Below, in pieces: positions 41,100 through 50,524 of a DNA stretch of 64,000 nucleotides. The first letter of the stretch is position 1. Every line of letters starts with the position of its first letter. The notes under the pieces were generated by a model that was given only the letters and a program-made list of their open reading frames with translations, searched no databases and was not told the origin of the DNA. This stretch comes from Myxococcota bacterium. GTDB taxonomy: Bacteria; Myxococcota_A; UBA796; SXON01. The position numbers and the translations under genes are program-made. The stretch is from positions 128,001 to 192,000 of the forward strand of contig JAZKFH010000025.1 in assembly GCA_040386535.1 (NCBI GenBank), in the 5' to 3' direction.

Positions 41100-41900
41100 A
41101 TGGCCATCCATCCTACCGCCCTCGTGGACGCGGGCGCAGAGCTCGGGACCGACGTCGAGATCGACGCCTACGCCATCGTCCGCGCCGGCGTAGTCCTGCA
41201 CGATGGCGTGCGGATCGGCCCCCACGCCGTCGTCACCGGCCCCACGACCGTCGGCGCCGGCACCCGGATCTTCCCGTTCGCGAGCATCGGCGAGGAGGCC
41301 CAGGATCTGAAGTACCGCGGCGAGCACTCCCAGCTCGTCATCGGGGAGCGCAACATCTTCCGCGAGAACGTGACCGTGAACCGCGGCACCGCGGGCGGCG
41401 GCGGGATCACGCGCATCGGCAGCGACAACCTGTTCATGGCGGGCAGCCACGTCGCGCACGACAGCTCCGTCGGCAACCATTGCGTGTTTGCCAACTGCGC
41501 GGCGATCGCCGGGCACGTGACCATCCACGATCGCGCCATCCTCGGCGGGTTCGCGGGGGTGCACCAGCACTCGCGCGTGGGCCGCTGCGCCATGGTCGGC
41601 GCGGCCGCGATGGCCGCCCAGGACGTGCCGCCGTTCACCATCGCGCAGGGCGACCGCGCGCGTCTGTTCGGCCTGAACATCGTCGGGCTCCGCCGCGCCG
41701 GGTTCAAGCTCGAGGTGCTCCAGGCGCTCAAGGCCGCCTACCGCGAGCTGTTCCACCAGGGCATGCCGATGCGCATCGCGCTGGAGCAGGTGCGCGAGGT
41801 CTACGCGGACGTGCCCGAGGTCATGGAGCTCGTCGAGTTCTGCGAGACCAGCCAGCGTGGGATCTGCCGGTCGGCGGGGGCCGAACAGCCCGCGGAGTAG
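41100..41900 (+). CDS. lpxA: Acyl-ACP:UDP-N-acetylglucosamine acyltransferase
   Basis: IHPTA, QDLKY, RGT, HVAHD, LAGH-like IAGH, GVHQ, GLN. Confidence 0.96.
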   Translation: MAIHPTALVDAGAELGTDVEIDAYAIVRAGVVLHDGVRIGPHAVVTGPTTVGAGTRIFPFASIGEEAQDLKYRGEHSQLVIGERNIFRENVTVNRGTAGGGGITRIGSDNLFMAGSHVAHDSSVGNHCVFANCAAIAGHVTIHDRAILGGFAGVHQHSRVGRCAMVGAAAMAAQDVPPFTIAQGDRARLFGLNIVGLRRAGFKLEVLQALKAAYRELFHQGMPMRIALEQVREVYADVPEVMELVEFCETSQRGICRSAGAEQPAE

Positions 41901-41903
41901 CCA

Positions 41904-42752
41904 ATGGCGGCATCCCCGGCACGCCCGCTGCGCGTCGCCCTCTTCGGCCACGGCCACATGGGGCGGCTGCACGCGCGGCACCTCGCCGGCAACGACATCG
42001 TCCTCGTGGATCCGGCGCTGGGGCTCCGCGGAGACATCGCCGGCATCGACGCGGCGGTCATCGCCACGCCGACCGCGACGCACGCGGCCGTGGCGCTCCC
42101 GCTGCTCGCGCGGGGCATCCCGTGCCTCGTGGAGAAGCCGCTCGCCGCCACGCTGGACGAGGCACGCGCGCTCGCGGCGTTCCCGCACCTGATGGTGGGC
42201 CACGTCGAGCGCTTCAACCCCGCCTACGGCGCCCTCGCCGGGGTGGACGCCCGCTTCGTGGTGGCCGAGCGCGTGGGGCGCTTCACCCCCCGCGGCACCG
42301 ACGTGGACGTGATCCTCGACCTGATGATCCACGATCTCGACCTGTTCCTGCACCTCACCGGTGAGGACGTGGTGGAGGTGCGCGCAAATGGAGTCGCCGT
42401 CGCGACGCAGGGCTACGACCTCGCCCAGGCGCGCGTGGAGACGACTTCGGGGCGCGTCGGCACGTTCACCGCGTCGCGTCTCGCGCGGCAGCCGGCGCGC
42501 AAGCTGCGGGTGTTCGCGACAGGCGAATACTGGAGCGTGGATCTTCGGGAGCGCCAGGTGGCGCGGGTCGCGTACGAGGCCGGCGAGCTTGTTCAGGCCC
42601 AGGTGGTGCTGCCCGAGCAGGACGCCCTCGGCGCCGAGATCGCGGCCTTCCTCGCGGCGGTCCGGGGCGAGGCCCCCTACGTCGTGACCGGCGCGGACGC
42701 GCTGCGGGCGCTCGAGCTGGCGTGGCGCATCCGGGACGCGATCCGCGCGTGA
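41904..42752 (+). CDS. Gfo/Idh/MocA oxidoreductase, GnnA-like
   Basis: GHGHMG, VEKP, VGHVERFNP, DVILDLMIHDLD; located between lpxA and lpxB. Confidence 0.85.
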   Translation: MAASPARPLRVALFGHGHMGRLHARHLAGNDIVLVDPALGLRGDIAGIDAAVIATPTATHAAVALPLLARGIPCLVEKPLAATLDEARALAAFPHLMVGHVERFNPAYGALAGVDARFVVAERVGRFTPRGTDVDVILDLMIHDLDLFLHLTGEDVVEVRANGVAVATQGYDLAQARVETTSGRVGTFTASRLARQPARKLRVFATGEYWSVDLRERQVARVAYEAGELVQAQVVLPEQDALGAEIAAFLAAVRGEAPYVVTGADALRALELAWRIRDAIRA

Positions 42753-43834
42753 AGCGCATCCTCGTCAGCGCGCAGGAAGCGTCCGGTGATCGGCTCGGCG
42801 CCGAGCTGATCGCGGCGATGCGGGCCCCTGGAGACGGCGGCGAATTCGAGGTGCACGGGCTCGTCGGGCCGCTCCTCGCGGGGGCGGGCGCCCTCCCGCT
42901 CCCCGACAGCCGCCCGATGAACCCCGTCATGGGCCTCGTGGAGGTGCTCCAGCACCTCGGGGAGCTGCGCCACAACACGGTCGCGATGGCGCGCGCGATC
43001 GACACGCGGCCCGATCTACTCGTCGTCATCGACGCCCCCGACTTCAACCTTCCGCTCGCGCGCGCCGCCAAGGCGAAGGGTGTGCCCGTGGTGGGGCTGG
43101 TCAGTCCGCAGCTCTGGGCATGGCGGGCAGGCCGCGCACGGGACATCGCCCGCTCGATGGACCTGTTGTTGTGCCTCTTCCCCTTCGAGCCGGCGTTCTT
43201 CGTGCCCCACGGCCTCGACGCGCGCTGGATCGGCCACCCCGCGGTCGACCGCGTCCGCCCGTCCGCCCGCGAGCCCGGGGTCGTCGCGCTGTTTCCCGGC
43301 TCCCGTCGCTCCGAGATCAAGCGGCTCCTCGCGCCCTTCCTCGCCGCCGTGGCGGGGCTCGACGCGCGAGAGGTGTTGCTCCCGCTCGCGGCCTCGCTCT
43401 CTCCGGCGGACCTCGGCCCGCTCCCCCCCAACGTGCGCCTGTGCACCTCGGAGGAGGCCCTCGCCCGGGCCGACCGCGCGCTCACCAAGTCGGGCACGAG
43501 CACCCTGGAGATCGCGCTGGCGGGCATCCCGATGGTGGTGGCGCACCGGGTGCACCCGCTGACCTACTGGCTGGGCCGGCTGCTCGTGCGGGGGGTGCGG
43601 CACCTCGCGCTCCCGAACATCCTGCTGAAGCGGGAGGCGGTGCCCGAGTACGTGCAGGACTTCACGCCCGCGCAGCTGACCGCGGCGCTGCACGCGGCGG
43701 AGCGGCCGCCCACCGAGGAGCTCGCGGCCTTCCTGGGCGCCCCCGGGGTGGCGGAGCGGGCCGCGGCCGCGGTGTGGGAGCTCCTCGACCGAGGAGCGCT
43801 CCGCACCGTCAGTGGATCGCCGAGCTCGGGTTGA
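42749..43834 (+). CDS. lpxB: Lipid A disaccharide synthase
   Basis: EASGD, IDAPDFN, SPQLWAWR, FPFE, PGSR, SGT, LPNI. Confidence 0.95.
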   Translation: MKRILVSAQEASGDRLGAELIAAMRAPGDGGEFEVHGLVGPLLAGAGALPLPDSRPMNPVMGLVEVLQHLGELRHNTVAMARAIDTRPDLLVVIDAPDFNLPLARAAKAKGVPVVGLVSPQLWAWRAGRARDIARSMDLLLCLFPFEPAFFVPHGLDARWIGHPAVDRVRPSAREPGVVALFPGSRRSEIKRLLAPFLAAVAGLDAREVLLPLAASLSPADLGPLPPNVRLCTSEEALARADRALTKSGTSTLEIALAGIPMVVAHRVHPLTYWLGRLLVRGVRHLALPNILLKREAVPEYVQDFTPAQLTAALHAAERPPTEELAAFLGAPGVAERAAAAVWELLDRGALRTVSGSPSSG

Positions 43835-45620
43835 TCTTCTCGGAGAGGTGCAGGTAGAAGCGCTTGAGCCACGCGCCGACCTCTTCGAGGTTGGTCTTGT
43901 CGCTCGACTTCGCCAGGGCCATGCGGCCGCGCTTCAGCGCCTGCTCGAGCTCCGACACGTCGGACTTGTGGAGCACGGAGCGCTGCTCGCGCAGGAAGGT
44001 CTCCAGCGTGACGAGGTGGCGCTCGACCTGGAAGCGGAGCTCCTTGAGCGCGGTCGCGGTCTCCTGGTCGCGCTCGTAGCTGGCGGCCTCCTCGCGGAGC
44101 TGCTCCACCTCGAGCTTCGAGAGGCCCGTGGGCGCCTGGATCGTGATGTTCCCGTGCGCGCCGCCGCGGGTGTCGCGGGCGCTCACGTTGACGATGCCGT
44201 TCGCGTCGATCCCGAACTTGACCTCGATGCGTGGGGCGCCGCGCGGCGCGGCTTCGATGCCGGAGAGCTCGAACTCGCCCAGGCTGGTGTTGTCGGTCGC
44301 GAGCGCGTTCTCGCCCTGGAGGACGTGGATCTTCACCGTGCGCTGGTTCTCCACGACCGTGGAGACGAGCTGGACGCGCTGGGCGGGGATGACCGTGTTC
44401 TTCGGGATCAGCTTGGCGAACTTGCGCCCTTCGACCTCGATCCCGAGCGAGAGGCTGGTCACGTCGAGCAGGGTGACCGACTTGACCTCTCCTTCGAGGA
44501 TGCCGGCCTGGATCGCGGCGCCGATCGCGACGACTTCGTCGGGATTGAACGCCTGGTTGAGCGGCCGCCGGAAAAAGTCGCGGACGAGCTCCTTCACGCG
44601 GGGGATGCGGCTGCTCCCGCCCACCATCACGATCTCGTCGATGTCCTCGACGTTGAGCTTCGCGTCGGCGAGGGCGCGGCGGCACTCCTCGATGGTCTTC
44701 TCGAAGAGGGGGAGGGCCATGATCTCGAACTGGGCGCGCGTCAGCGTGCACTGCAAGTGCAGCGGGCCGTCCTGCGTGGCGGTCAGGAAGGGGAGCTGGA
44801 CCTCGGTGTCGAGCGCGGCGGAGAGCTCGAGCTTGGCCCGCTCGGCCGCGTCCCGGACGCGCTGGCGCACGACCTTGTCACCCGAAATGTCGAAGCCGTG
44901 TTCTTTGCGGAACTGCTCGAGCAGCCAGTCCATGATCAGCTTGTCGATGTCGCCGCCGCCGAGCGCGTTGTTGCCGCGGGTGGCGCGCACCTCGCCCAGA
45001 TCCCGATCGATCTGAACGATGGAGATGTCGAACGTGCCCCCGCCGAAGTCGAACACCGCGATGGTGGACGACTTGCGACGGTCGTGCAGGTAGGCGAGGG
45101 CCGCGGCGGTTGGCTCGTTGATGATCCGGAGCACGTTGAGCCCCGCGATCGTGCCCGCGTCCTTCGTGGCCTGGCGCTGGCGGTCGTTGAAGTGGGCCGG
45201 GACGGTGATGATCGCCTCGGTCACCGCCTCGCCCAGGAAGTCCTCGGCCGAGCGCTTCAGCTTCTGGAGGATCATGGCCGAGATTTCGGGGGGCGTGAAC
45301 GTGCGCCCGGCCACCTCGAAGCCGCACTCCGAATTCTTGCCCTCGGTCACCTTGTAGTTGACGAGGGGGAGGTCCTTGCCGGCCTCGCGGAACCGCTTCC
45401 CCATGAAGCGCTTGACCGAGTGGATCGTGGCGTCGGGATTGATGAGCATCTGGCGCTTGGCGATGTCACCGACGAAACGTTCGCCACTCTTGGAGAACCC
45501 CACCACCGACGGCGTGATGCGGCCACCTTCTTCGTTGATGATGACGCGGGGCTCGTTGCGATCCATGTAGGCGCAGACCGAGTTCGTGGTACCCAGGTCG
45601 ATGCCGATGATTTTGCCCAT
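43809..45620 (-). CDS. dnaK: DnaK-like Hsp70 chaperone with conventional architecture
   Basis: MGKIIGIDLGTTNS, TLLDVTSLSLG linker, PRIEVKFGIDANGI, helical lid present; may be a paralog rather than the main DnaK. Confidence 0.88.
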   Translation of the reverse strand: MGKIIGIDLGTTNSVCAYMDRNEPRVIINEEGGRITPSVVGFSKSGERFVGDIAKRQMLINPDATIHSVKRFMGKRFREAGKDLPLVNYKVTEGKNSECGFEVAGRTFTPPEISAMILQKLKRSAEDFLGEAVTEAIITVPAHFNDRQRQATKDAGTIAGLNVLRIINEPTAAALAYLHDRRKSSTIAVFDFGGGTFDISIVQIDRDLGEVRATRGNNALGGGDIDKLIMDWLLEQFRKEHGFDISGDKVVRQRVRDAAERAKLELSAALDTEVQLPFLTATQDGPLHLQCTLTRAQFEIMALPLFEKTIEECRRALADAKLNVEDIDEIVMVGGSSRIPRVKELVRDFFRRPLNQAFNPDEVVAIGAAIQAGILEGEVKSVTLLDVTSLSLGIEVEGRKFAKLIPKNTVIPAQRVQLVSTVVENQRTVKIHVLQGENALATDNTSLGEFELSGIEAAPRGAPRIEVKFGIDANGIVNVSARDTRGGAHGNITIQAPTGLSKLEVEQLREEAASYERDQETATALKELRFQVERHLVTLETFLREQRSVLHKSDVSELEQALKRGRMALAKSSDKTNLEEVGAWLKRFYLHLSEKINPSSAIH

Positions 45621-45721
45621 TCAGTAGCTGCTCACGGCGGTTCGGGTGGGTCGTCGGTAGCGTAGACGGCAGGACTCGTCGCGTCAATCCGACCGTTCCG
45701 CGCGGCGACGCGCGAGGGGGG

Positions 45722-45804
45722 TGCCCCGGGCGGGGGTCGAACCCGCATGCCCGTGAGGGCCAGGGATTTTAAGTCCCCCGTGTCTGCCATTCCACCACCG
45801 GAGC
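45722..45804 (-). tRNA. tRNA-Leu (anticodon TAA), CCA not encoded
   Basis: GCTCCGGTGGTGGAATGGCAGACAC..GGACTTAAAATCC, long variable arm, GGTTCGACCC..CCGGGGCA. Confidence 0.95.
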
Positions 45805-45933
45805 GCACCACCCTCTATCGCGCCGAGCGGCAGGAGGCGCGGGTGCGCGTCGTGAGCGCGCGTGCGGAAACCACCCCGGCGCGTTCGATGGGGGCGAAAT
45901 CCTGTCCTGCGTCTTTCAGCTTGGGCGACAGCG

Positions 45934-46437
45934 TCACGGGGCGAGGGCGGCGCGGAGCGCGGGCGCATCGAGGGCGCCGTCGAACCGTGCGCGCACGGCG
46001 CCGCCGGGCTCGAGGACCAGGGTCACCGGGATGATGTCGGGCCACTCCGGGACCGCGCGGGAGAGCAGGCCCGACGCGTCCTGGGTATCGAGGTTGAACG
46101 CCGGCAGTCCGCCACCCTCGGCGGCCAGGAAACGCAGGACGACGGCCTCGCTGCCGGGGGCCTCGACGTTGACCAGCGCGAAGCGCACCTCCGGGTGCTC
46201 GGCGGCGACGTCGCGGAAGACATCCATCTCGCGCAGGCACGGCCCGCACCAGGTCGCCCAGAAGTTGATCACGAGCGGCGCGTCACCCGGGTTGGCGAGG
46301 AGGGCCACCAGCGCGGCGTCGTCGAGCGAGGCCAGGGTCGTGGTCGGCGCGGACGAGGGGAGGGGAGGGGGGCCGGCGGCGACCGTCGGAGCGGGGCCGT
46401 GCGGGCGCGCGCACGCGAGCAGGAGGAGGAGGAGCAC
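45934..46437 (-). CDS. TlpA/ResA-like thiol-disulfide oxidoreductase lipoprotein
   Basis: Lipobox LLLAC, INFWATWCGPC, IPVT. Confidence 0.88.
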   Translation of the reverse strand: MLLLLLLACARPHGPAPTVAAGPPPLPSSAPTTTLASLDDAALVALLANPGDAPLVINFWATWCGPCLREMDVFRDVAAEHPEVRFALVNVEAPGSEAVVLRFLAAEGGGLPAFNLDTQDASGLLSRAVPEWPDIIPVTLVLEPGGAVRARFDGALDAPALRAALAP

Positions 46438-46493
46438 AACCTTCCGTACCTCACGCCCAACCCACGGGCTATGGCGCAGCGTGAGGAGCGCCC

Positions 46494-47228
46494 GTGCTGT
46501 TGTTGTGGCTGGGATCGTGTGCGCTGCGCTCGACGGTAGACCCCTCCGAGCGTGATCGCGCGCTGGCGGAAGCGGATCTGCGCTGGGAGGCCCGCGCCGA
46601 GCCGGGCAACCTCGACGCCTCGATGGAGATCCTGCTGGGGGCGCTCTCGCTCGGGCCGGACGATCCGCAGCTGCTCGCCCGGCTCGCCCGCGGCGAGTGG
46701 ACCCGCGCGCAGCTCGAGCCCGGGCTCACGCACCTCGAGATCGCGCAGGACTACGGCTATCGCTGCCTCATGAGCTGGCCCGGGTTCGCCGCGCGGGTCG
46801 ACGTGGCCGGGTACGTGGTCACCGAGGACGCCGCCGCGGAGCTGCCCAAGGACGCCGAGGCGTGCCTCGTGTGGACCGTCGCGTCCGGGCTCGGCCTGGT
46901 GGAGCACCGGGGCGCCGGCGCGGCGCTGGAGCTGGCCTCCGTCGCGCTGCTGCTCGACCGGCTCGTGGCGATGAAGGGCGAAGCCGCGCCGGGCTTCGTC
47001 GCGTGGGAGCAGGCCCAGCTCCAGCTGCTCCGGGGCGCCCCCGACACCCAGGAGGTTCGTCGCCTGCTCGGGGCGGCGATCGCGGCCGCGCCAAACGTGC
47101 TGCTGTTCCGCGTCGACCTTGCCCTGGCGCTCCCGGACGCGCGAAGCGCGCTCGACGGCTTCACGCCCGCCTCCCCCGACCGTTGGGCGCTGGAGAACGC
47201 GGCTTGGAAGGCGAAGCTGGCCCGATAG
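46494..47228 (+). CDS. Hypothetical helical lipoprotein (TPR/TatT-like)
   Basis: Lipobox LGSC; all-helical repeat-like sequence. Confidence 0.55.
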   Translation: MLLLWLGSCALRSTVDPSERDRALAEADLRWEARAEPGNLDASMEILLGALSLGPDDPQLLARLARGEWTRAQLEPGLTHLEIAQDYGYRCLMSWPGFAARVDVAGYVVTEDAAAELPKDAEACLVWTVASGLGLVEHRGAGAALELASVALLLDRLVAMKGEAAPGFVAWEQAQLQLLRGAPDTQEVRRLLGAAIAAAPNVLLFRVDLALALPDARSALDGFTPASPDRWALENAAWKAKLAR

Positions 47229-47275
47229 CGGCGGGGAGCGGGCGGATCCGGTCGCGGCTGGGAAGCGGGGGGCCC

Positions 47276-47314
47276 AAAAACACGAAAGCCCACGCCGAGG
47301 CGTGGGTGTTCGTG
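47276..47314 (-). terminator. Intrinsic terminator after rpsU
   Basis: Hairpin CCCACGCC/GGCGTGGG with CACGAA/TTCGTG extension, then TTTTT on the minus strand. Confidence 0.7.
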
Positions 47315-47350
47315 GCTCGAGTCCATGCCGGCATTTCTGCCGGCAACGGA

Positions 47351-47578
47351 CTACGCGGCGGTGGGCCCCTTCATGATGGGCTTGCGCGCGGCGCGACGAG
47401 CGGCCTTCCTGCGGCGCTTCTCGGCGAGGCGCTGCTTGAGGCGACGCTTCTCCCCCGGCTTGAGGTAGAAACTGTTCTTCTTGATGTCCTTGCGGATCCC
47501 CTCACGCTCCACCTTGCGGCGGAAACGGCGGAGGGCTTTCTCGAAGGGCTCGTTGTCGCGGACGGTGACGATAACCAA
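47351..47578 (-). CDS. rpsU: 30S ribosomal protein S21
   Basis: NEPFEKALRRFRRK..FYLKP; TTG start with GGAG SD. Confidence 0.93.
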   Translation of the reverse strand: MVIVTVRDNEPFEKALRRFRRKVEREGIRKDIKKNSFYLKPGEKRRLKQRLAEKRRRKAARRAARKPIMKGPTAA

Positions 47579-47638
47579 GGGTTCGCTCCAATATCTCAAT
47601 GCGCGGCGGCGATTATCCGATGCCCCGCGGATGCGCAA

Positions 47639-48442
47639 CTAGAACGTGATGCCTACCGAGGCGCCGCCGTACGGCAGCAGCGCGTGAACGCCGCCCTCGA
47701 GGCGAATGCTGGCGCGGTCAGAGATGCTGAACCGCGGCCCGATGTTGATGTCGATGTACGGGAGGACCGGGGGCGTCTCGATGATGCCGTCGTCCTCGCA
47801 CGACTCCTGACGGACGTAGGCGGGCGTGGGCGCGGTGCCGCACGCGCCGTCTACGTTGTTGTTGTTCCCGTTCGGGTCGGACGGATCCTCGCCGGGCTGC
47901 CACTCACGCAGCTCCCCGATCTTGATCGCGCCGCCGATGCCCGCACCGAAGAGGAACGAGAACCAGTTGTTTGCCTTGATCTCGTACGCGTAGTTGGCGC
48001 CGATGAGCACCAGGCCGAGCTTGTCGGGCTCCATCCAGGAGCCGTCGAGGTGGTCGGGCGGCTCCTCCTTGTCGTCCCAGTACCCGGCCTTGATGAGGGG
48101 GTTCAGGTACTCGACGTAGAAGATGCCGTTGGCCTTCTCGTCCTTGATCACGAACTCGATGCCCAGCGAGTAGGCGCTCACGTGCGGGCGGTCGGGGATG
48201 GTGTCGTCATCCTTGTTGTTGAAGTACGCCAGATCGAGGATGGAGTCCGGGAGATCCATGTACCGGCCGCGGAACCCGACTTCCATCAGGAACTTGCGCT
48301 TGCGGGGCGGCGTCGCCTCCGGCATCACGGACAACGACTCCACTTCGGTGGAGGTGGGCGCGGGCTCCGTGGAGGGCTCCTCCGGAGTGTCCTCTTGGGC
48401 GAGCGCGGGGGTGACCAGGGCCAGCAGCGAGGCGTACAACAT
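47639..48442 (-). CDS. Hypothetical outer-membrane beta-barrel protein
   Basis: Signal peptide, amphipathic strands, C-terminal VGITF beta-signal. Confidence 0.65.
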   Translation of the reverse strand: MLYASLLALVTPALAQEDTPEEPSTEPAPTSTEVESLSVMPEATPPRKRKFLMEVGFRGRYMDLPDSILDLAYFNNKDDDTIPDRPHVSAYSLGIEFVIKDEKANGIFYVEYLNPLIKAGYWDDKEEPPDHLDGSWMEPDKLGLVLIGANYAYEIKANNWFSFLFGAGIGGAIKIGELREWQPGEDPSDPNGNNNNVDGACGTAPTPAYVRQESCEDDGIIETPPVLPYIDINIGPRFSISDRASIRLEGGVHALLPYGGASVGITF

Positions 48443-48497
48443 GTCGCGACCTTGACAGGGGGGAAGTTGAGCGGCATGGTCCCCGACCGGGGGCACG

Positions 48498-48956
48498 ATG
48501 TCAATGTTGTGGGCCCTGCTCGTCGCGGCCTGTACGCTGCACGTCGGCGTGATGCCGGCCTCGGGTGCGTGGGCGGTAGGCGACGTTTCGGCCCCTGTCG
48601 CCGAGCCCGACGCCGAGAGCTGGGTGCGGGAGTCGGTGACCACGGCGCTCGCGTCGAGGCGCGCGCTCGACCCCGCGGGCGCCCCGATCCGGGTGACCGT
48701 GACCGAGGCGTCGTGGTCGCCCACGCGCCGCTCGGGGGACGTGCTGCTCTACGACGCGCGGCTCACCTTGCGCCTGGAGGCGGGTGATCGCGTCGTCACG
48801 CGGACCCGCACCCGCACCGCGGTCGACCCCGGCGACGCCGCTGGTGCGCGGGCCCTGCGCGAGGACACCCTGCGCATGCTCGCCCGCGCGGCGGCGGAGG
48901 ACGGCATCACGTGGTTGCTCGCGCCCGGAGCCAAGGCGCCCGACGCCGGGCTATGA
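48498..48956 (+). CDS. LptE-like lipoprotein
   Basis: Lipobox VAAC, size, and position directly before holA (conserved lptE-holA order). Confidence 0.55.
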   Translation: MSMLWALLVAACTLHVGVMPASGAWAVGDVSAPVAEPDAESWVRESVTTALASRRALDPAGAPIRVTVTEASWSPTRRSGDVLLYDARLTLRLEAGDRVVTRTRTRTAVDPGDAAGARALREDTLRMLARAAAEDGITWLLAPGAKAPDAGL

Positions 48957-48969
48957 CGCCGGATCCGCC

Positions 48970-49968
48970 ATGAACCCGCTCGACGCCGTCACCACCTCCC
49001 TCGCCAACCCGCCGCCCGTGTACGTCCTCGTCGGGCCCGAGTCGCTGCTCGTGCGCCAGGCCGAGGAGGAGGTGCGCGTCGCCATCGCGAGCGGCCCGGT
49101 CGCCGCCTTCAACCACGCCGTGTTCACCGCGGGCGAGGACGGCGCGCTCGCGTTTCGTGACGTGGCGGCCACGGCGCCGATGATGGCCGCGCGGCGGCTC
49201 GTCGTCATCCGGCAGGTGCAGGACGCCAACGCCGCCCTGCTCGACGCCGTGCTGGCCTACGTGGGCGCGCCCAGCCCGACCACGGTGCTCGTGCTGAGCG
49301 GCGAGAAGTTCCCCGGGGCCAGCGGCGGTGTCGACCGCGGCCTCCGCATCATGAACGCGGCGAAAAAGGTGGGGCTCGTCCTGAAGCTCGACGGCGAGGG
49401 CGTCGACGCCGCGGCGTTCGCCACGACGCGGGTCAAGGAGCGGGGGGCGCGCATCGAGCGCGACGCGGCGATGCTCCTGGTCGAGTTCTCGGGCGGCGAG
49501 CTCTCGCTGGTCGCCGCGGACGCGGAGAAGTGTGCCGACTTCGTGGGGCAGGGGGGCAACGTGACCCGCGCGGTGGTGGAGGAGGTGTGTGCGTCCACCG
49601 CCGAGGCCGATGTGTGGGCCCTCACCGACGCGATCGTGACCCGAGACGCGGACCGCGGGCTCGCGACGCTGCACCGCCTGCTCGAAGACGGCGAGGCGCC
49701 CCACAAGCTCCTCGCCTCGGTCGCGTGGCAGGTACGCCAGGTGCTCGCGCTCCAGGACGCCGCCCGCCGCGGCATCTCCGAGCGCGAGGCCAACATCCGC
49801 ATGCCGCCGCAGAAGTTGCGCATGATCCGTGAGGTCGTGGCGAAGCGCCCGGTCTCGCCGTCGGCGCTCTTGGAAGAGCTCGCGGCGGTGAACCACAAGA
49901 TGAACTCGTCCCGCGCGGGCGATCGGCGCATCTTCGAGGCGTTCGTCCTACGGCTCGTCCAGAAGTAG
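48970..49968 (+). CDS. holA: DNA polymerase III subunit delta
   Basis: PVYVLVGPE, PMMAARRLVVI, DVWALTDAI; convergent with rpsT. Confidence 0.88.
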   Translation: MNPLDAVTTSLANPPPVYVLVGPESLLVRQAEEEVRVAIASGPVAAFNHAVFTAGEDGALAFRDVAATAPMMAARRLVVIRQVQDANAALLDAVLAYVGAPSPTTVLVLSGEKFPGASGGVDRGLRIMNAAKKVGLVLKLDGEGVDAAAFATTRVKERGARIERDAAMLLVEFSGGELSLVAADAEKCADFVGQGGNVTRAVVEEVCASTAEADVWALTDAIVTRDADRGLATLHRLLEDGEAPHKLLASVAWQVRQVLALQDAARRGISEREANIRMPPQKLRMIREVVAKRPVSPSALLEELAAVNHKMNSSRAGDRRIFEAFVLRLVQK

Positions 49969-50102
49969 GCGGAGGCCGCTGGTCGAACCTACGGGATGAC
50001 GGCTACGTTGGCGCGTACGGAAAGGGTGCAAAAATGCCAGCAGCGCCCCACGGCCGGAGCCGAGGAGCGTTGCTGAGGCAACGAGCCGAACCGAGCGGAC
50101 GC

Positions 50103-50387
50103 CTATTCGGCGGCCGTTCCGGTCGCCTTGAGGCCGTTGACCGCCTTGGCGAGGCGGCTGATGCGGCGAGCCGCGTTGCGGGGGTGGATGACACCCTTCT
50201 GCGCGAGCTTGTGCAACAGGGACACGGTCGAGGGCAGGTCGGCCGCGGCGGCGGCGGCATCGCCACCGACGACGAGCGACTTGAGCTCCTTGACCTTGCT
50301 GCGCATGCGGGAACGGTAGGCCCGGTTCCGCTGGTTGGCGGCCTGGCTGGTGCGGATGCGCTTGATCGCGTCCTTGTGATGAGCCAC
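50103..50387 (-). CDS. rpsT: 30S ribosomal protein S20
   Basis: AHHKDAIKRIR..RNRAYRSRMRS..KGVIHPRNAARRISRL. Confidence 0.95.
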   Translation of the reverse strand: MAHHKDAIKRIRTSQAANQRNRAYRSRMRSKVKELKSLVVGGDAAAAAADLPSTVSLLHKLAQKGVIHPRNAARRISRLAKAVNGLKATGTAAE

Positions 50388-50412
50388 GGGAATCTCCAAT
50401 TTAGGGCGCGGC

Positions 50413-50440
50413 CAACTATCTCGGGCGCCATCGTTGTCAA
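50413..50440 (-). promoter_or_regulatory. Sigma70-type promoter for rpsT
   Basis: TTGACA-N16-TAGTTG. Confidence 0.55.
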
Positions 50441-50524
50441 GGCGGGGCCGACCCGGTAGAAACAGGAATCCTCGCGCCCCGTCCCCCTGGGGCCCCCCGT
50501 CCTCCCTTCTGCTCCCCGTAGTAC

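Noticed and set aside
39315..42353. 1012-aa ORF as a phytochelatin synthase fusion
   Set aside because: Only the last 246 codons are PCS; the rest is off-frame to the sulfatase-fold gene or antisense to lpxA and the oxidoreductase
43812..45665. 617-aa ORF antisense to dnaK
   Set aside because: Typical antisense-dnaK open frame, often misannotated as glutamate dehydrogenase; no independent motifs
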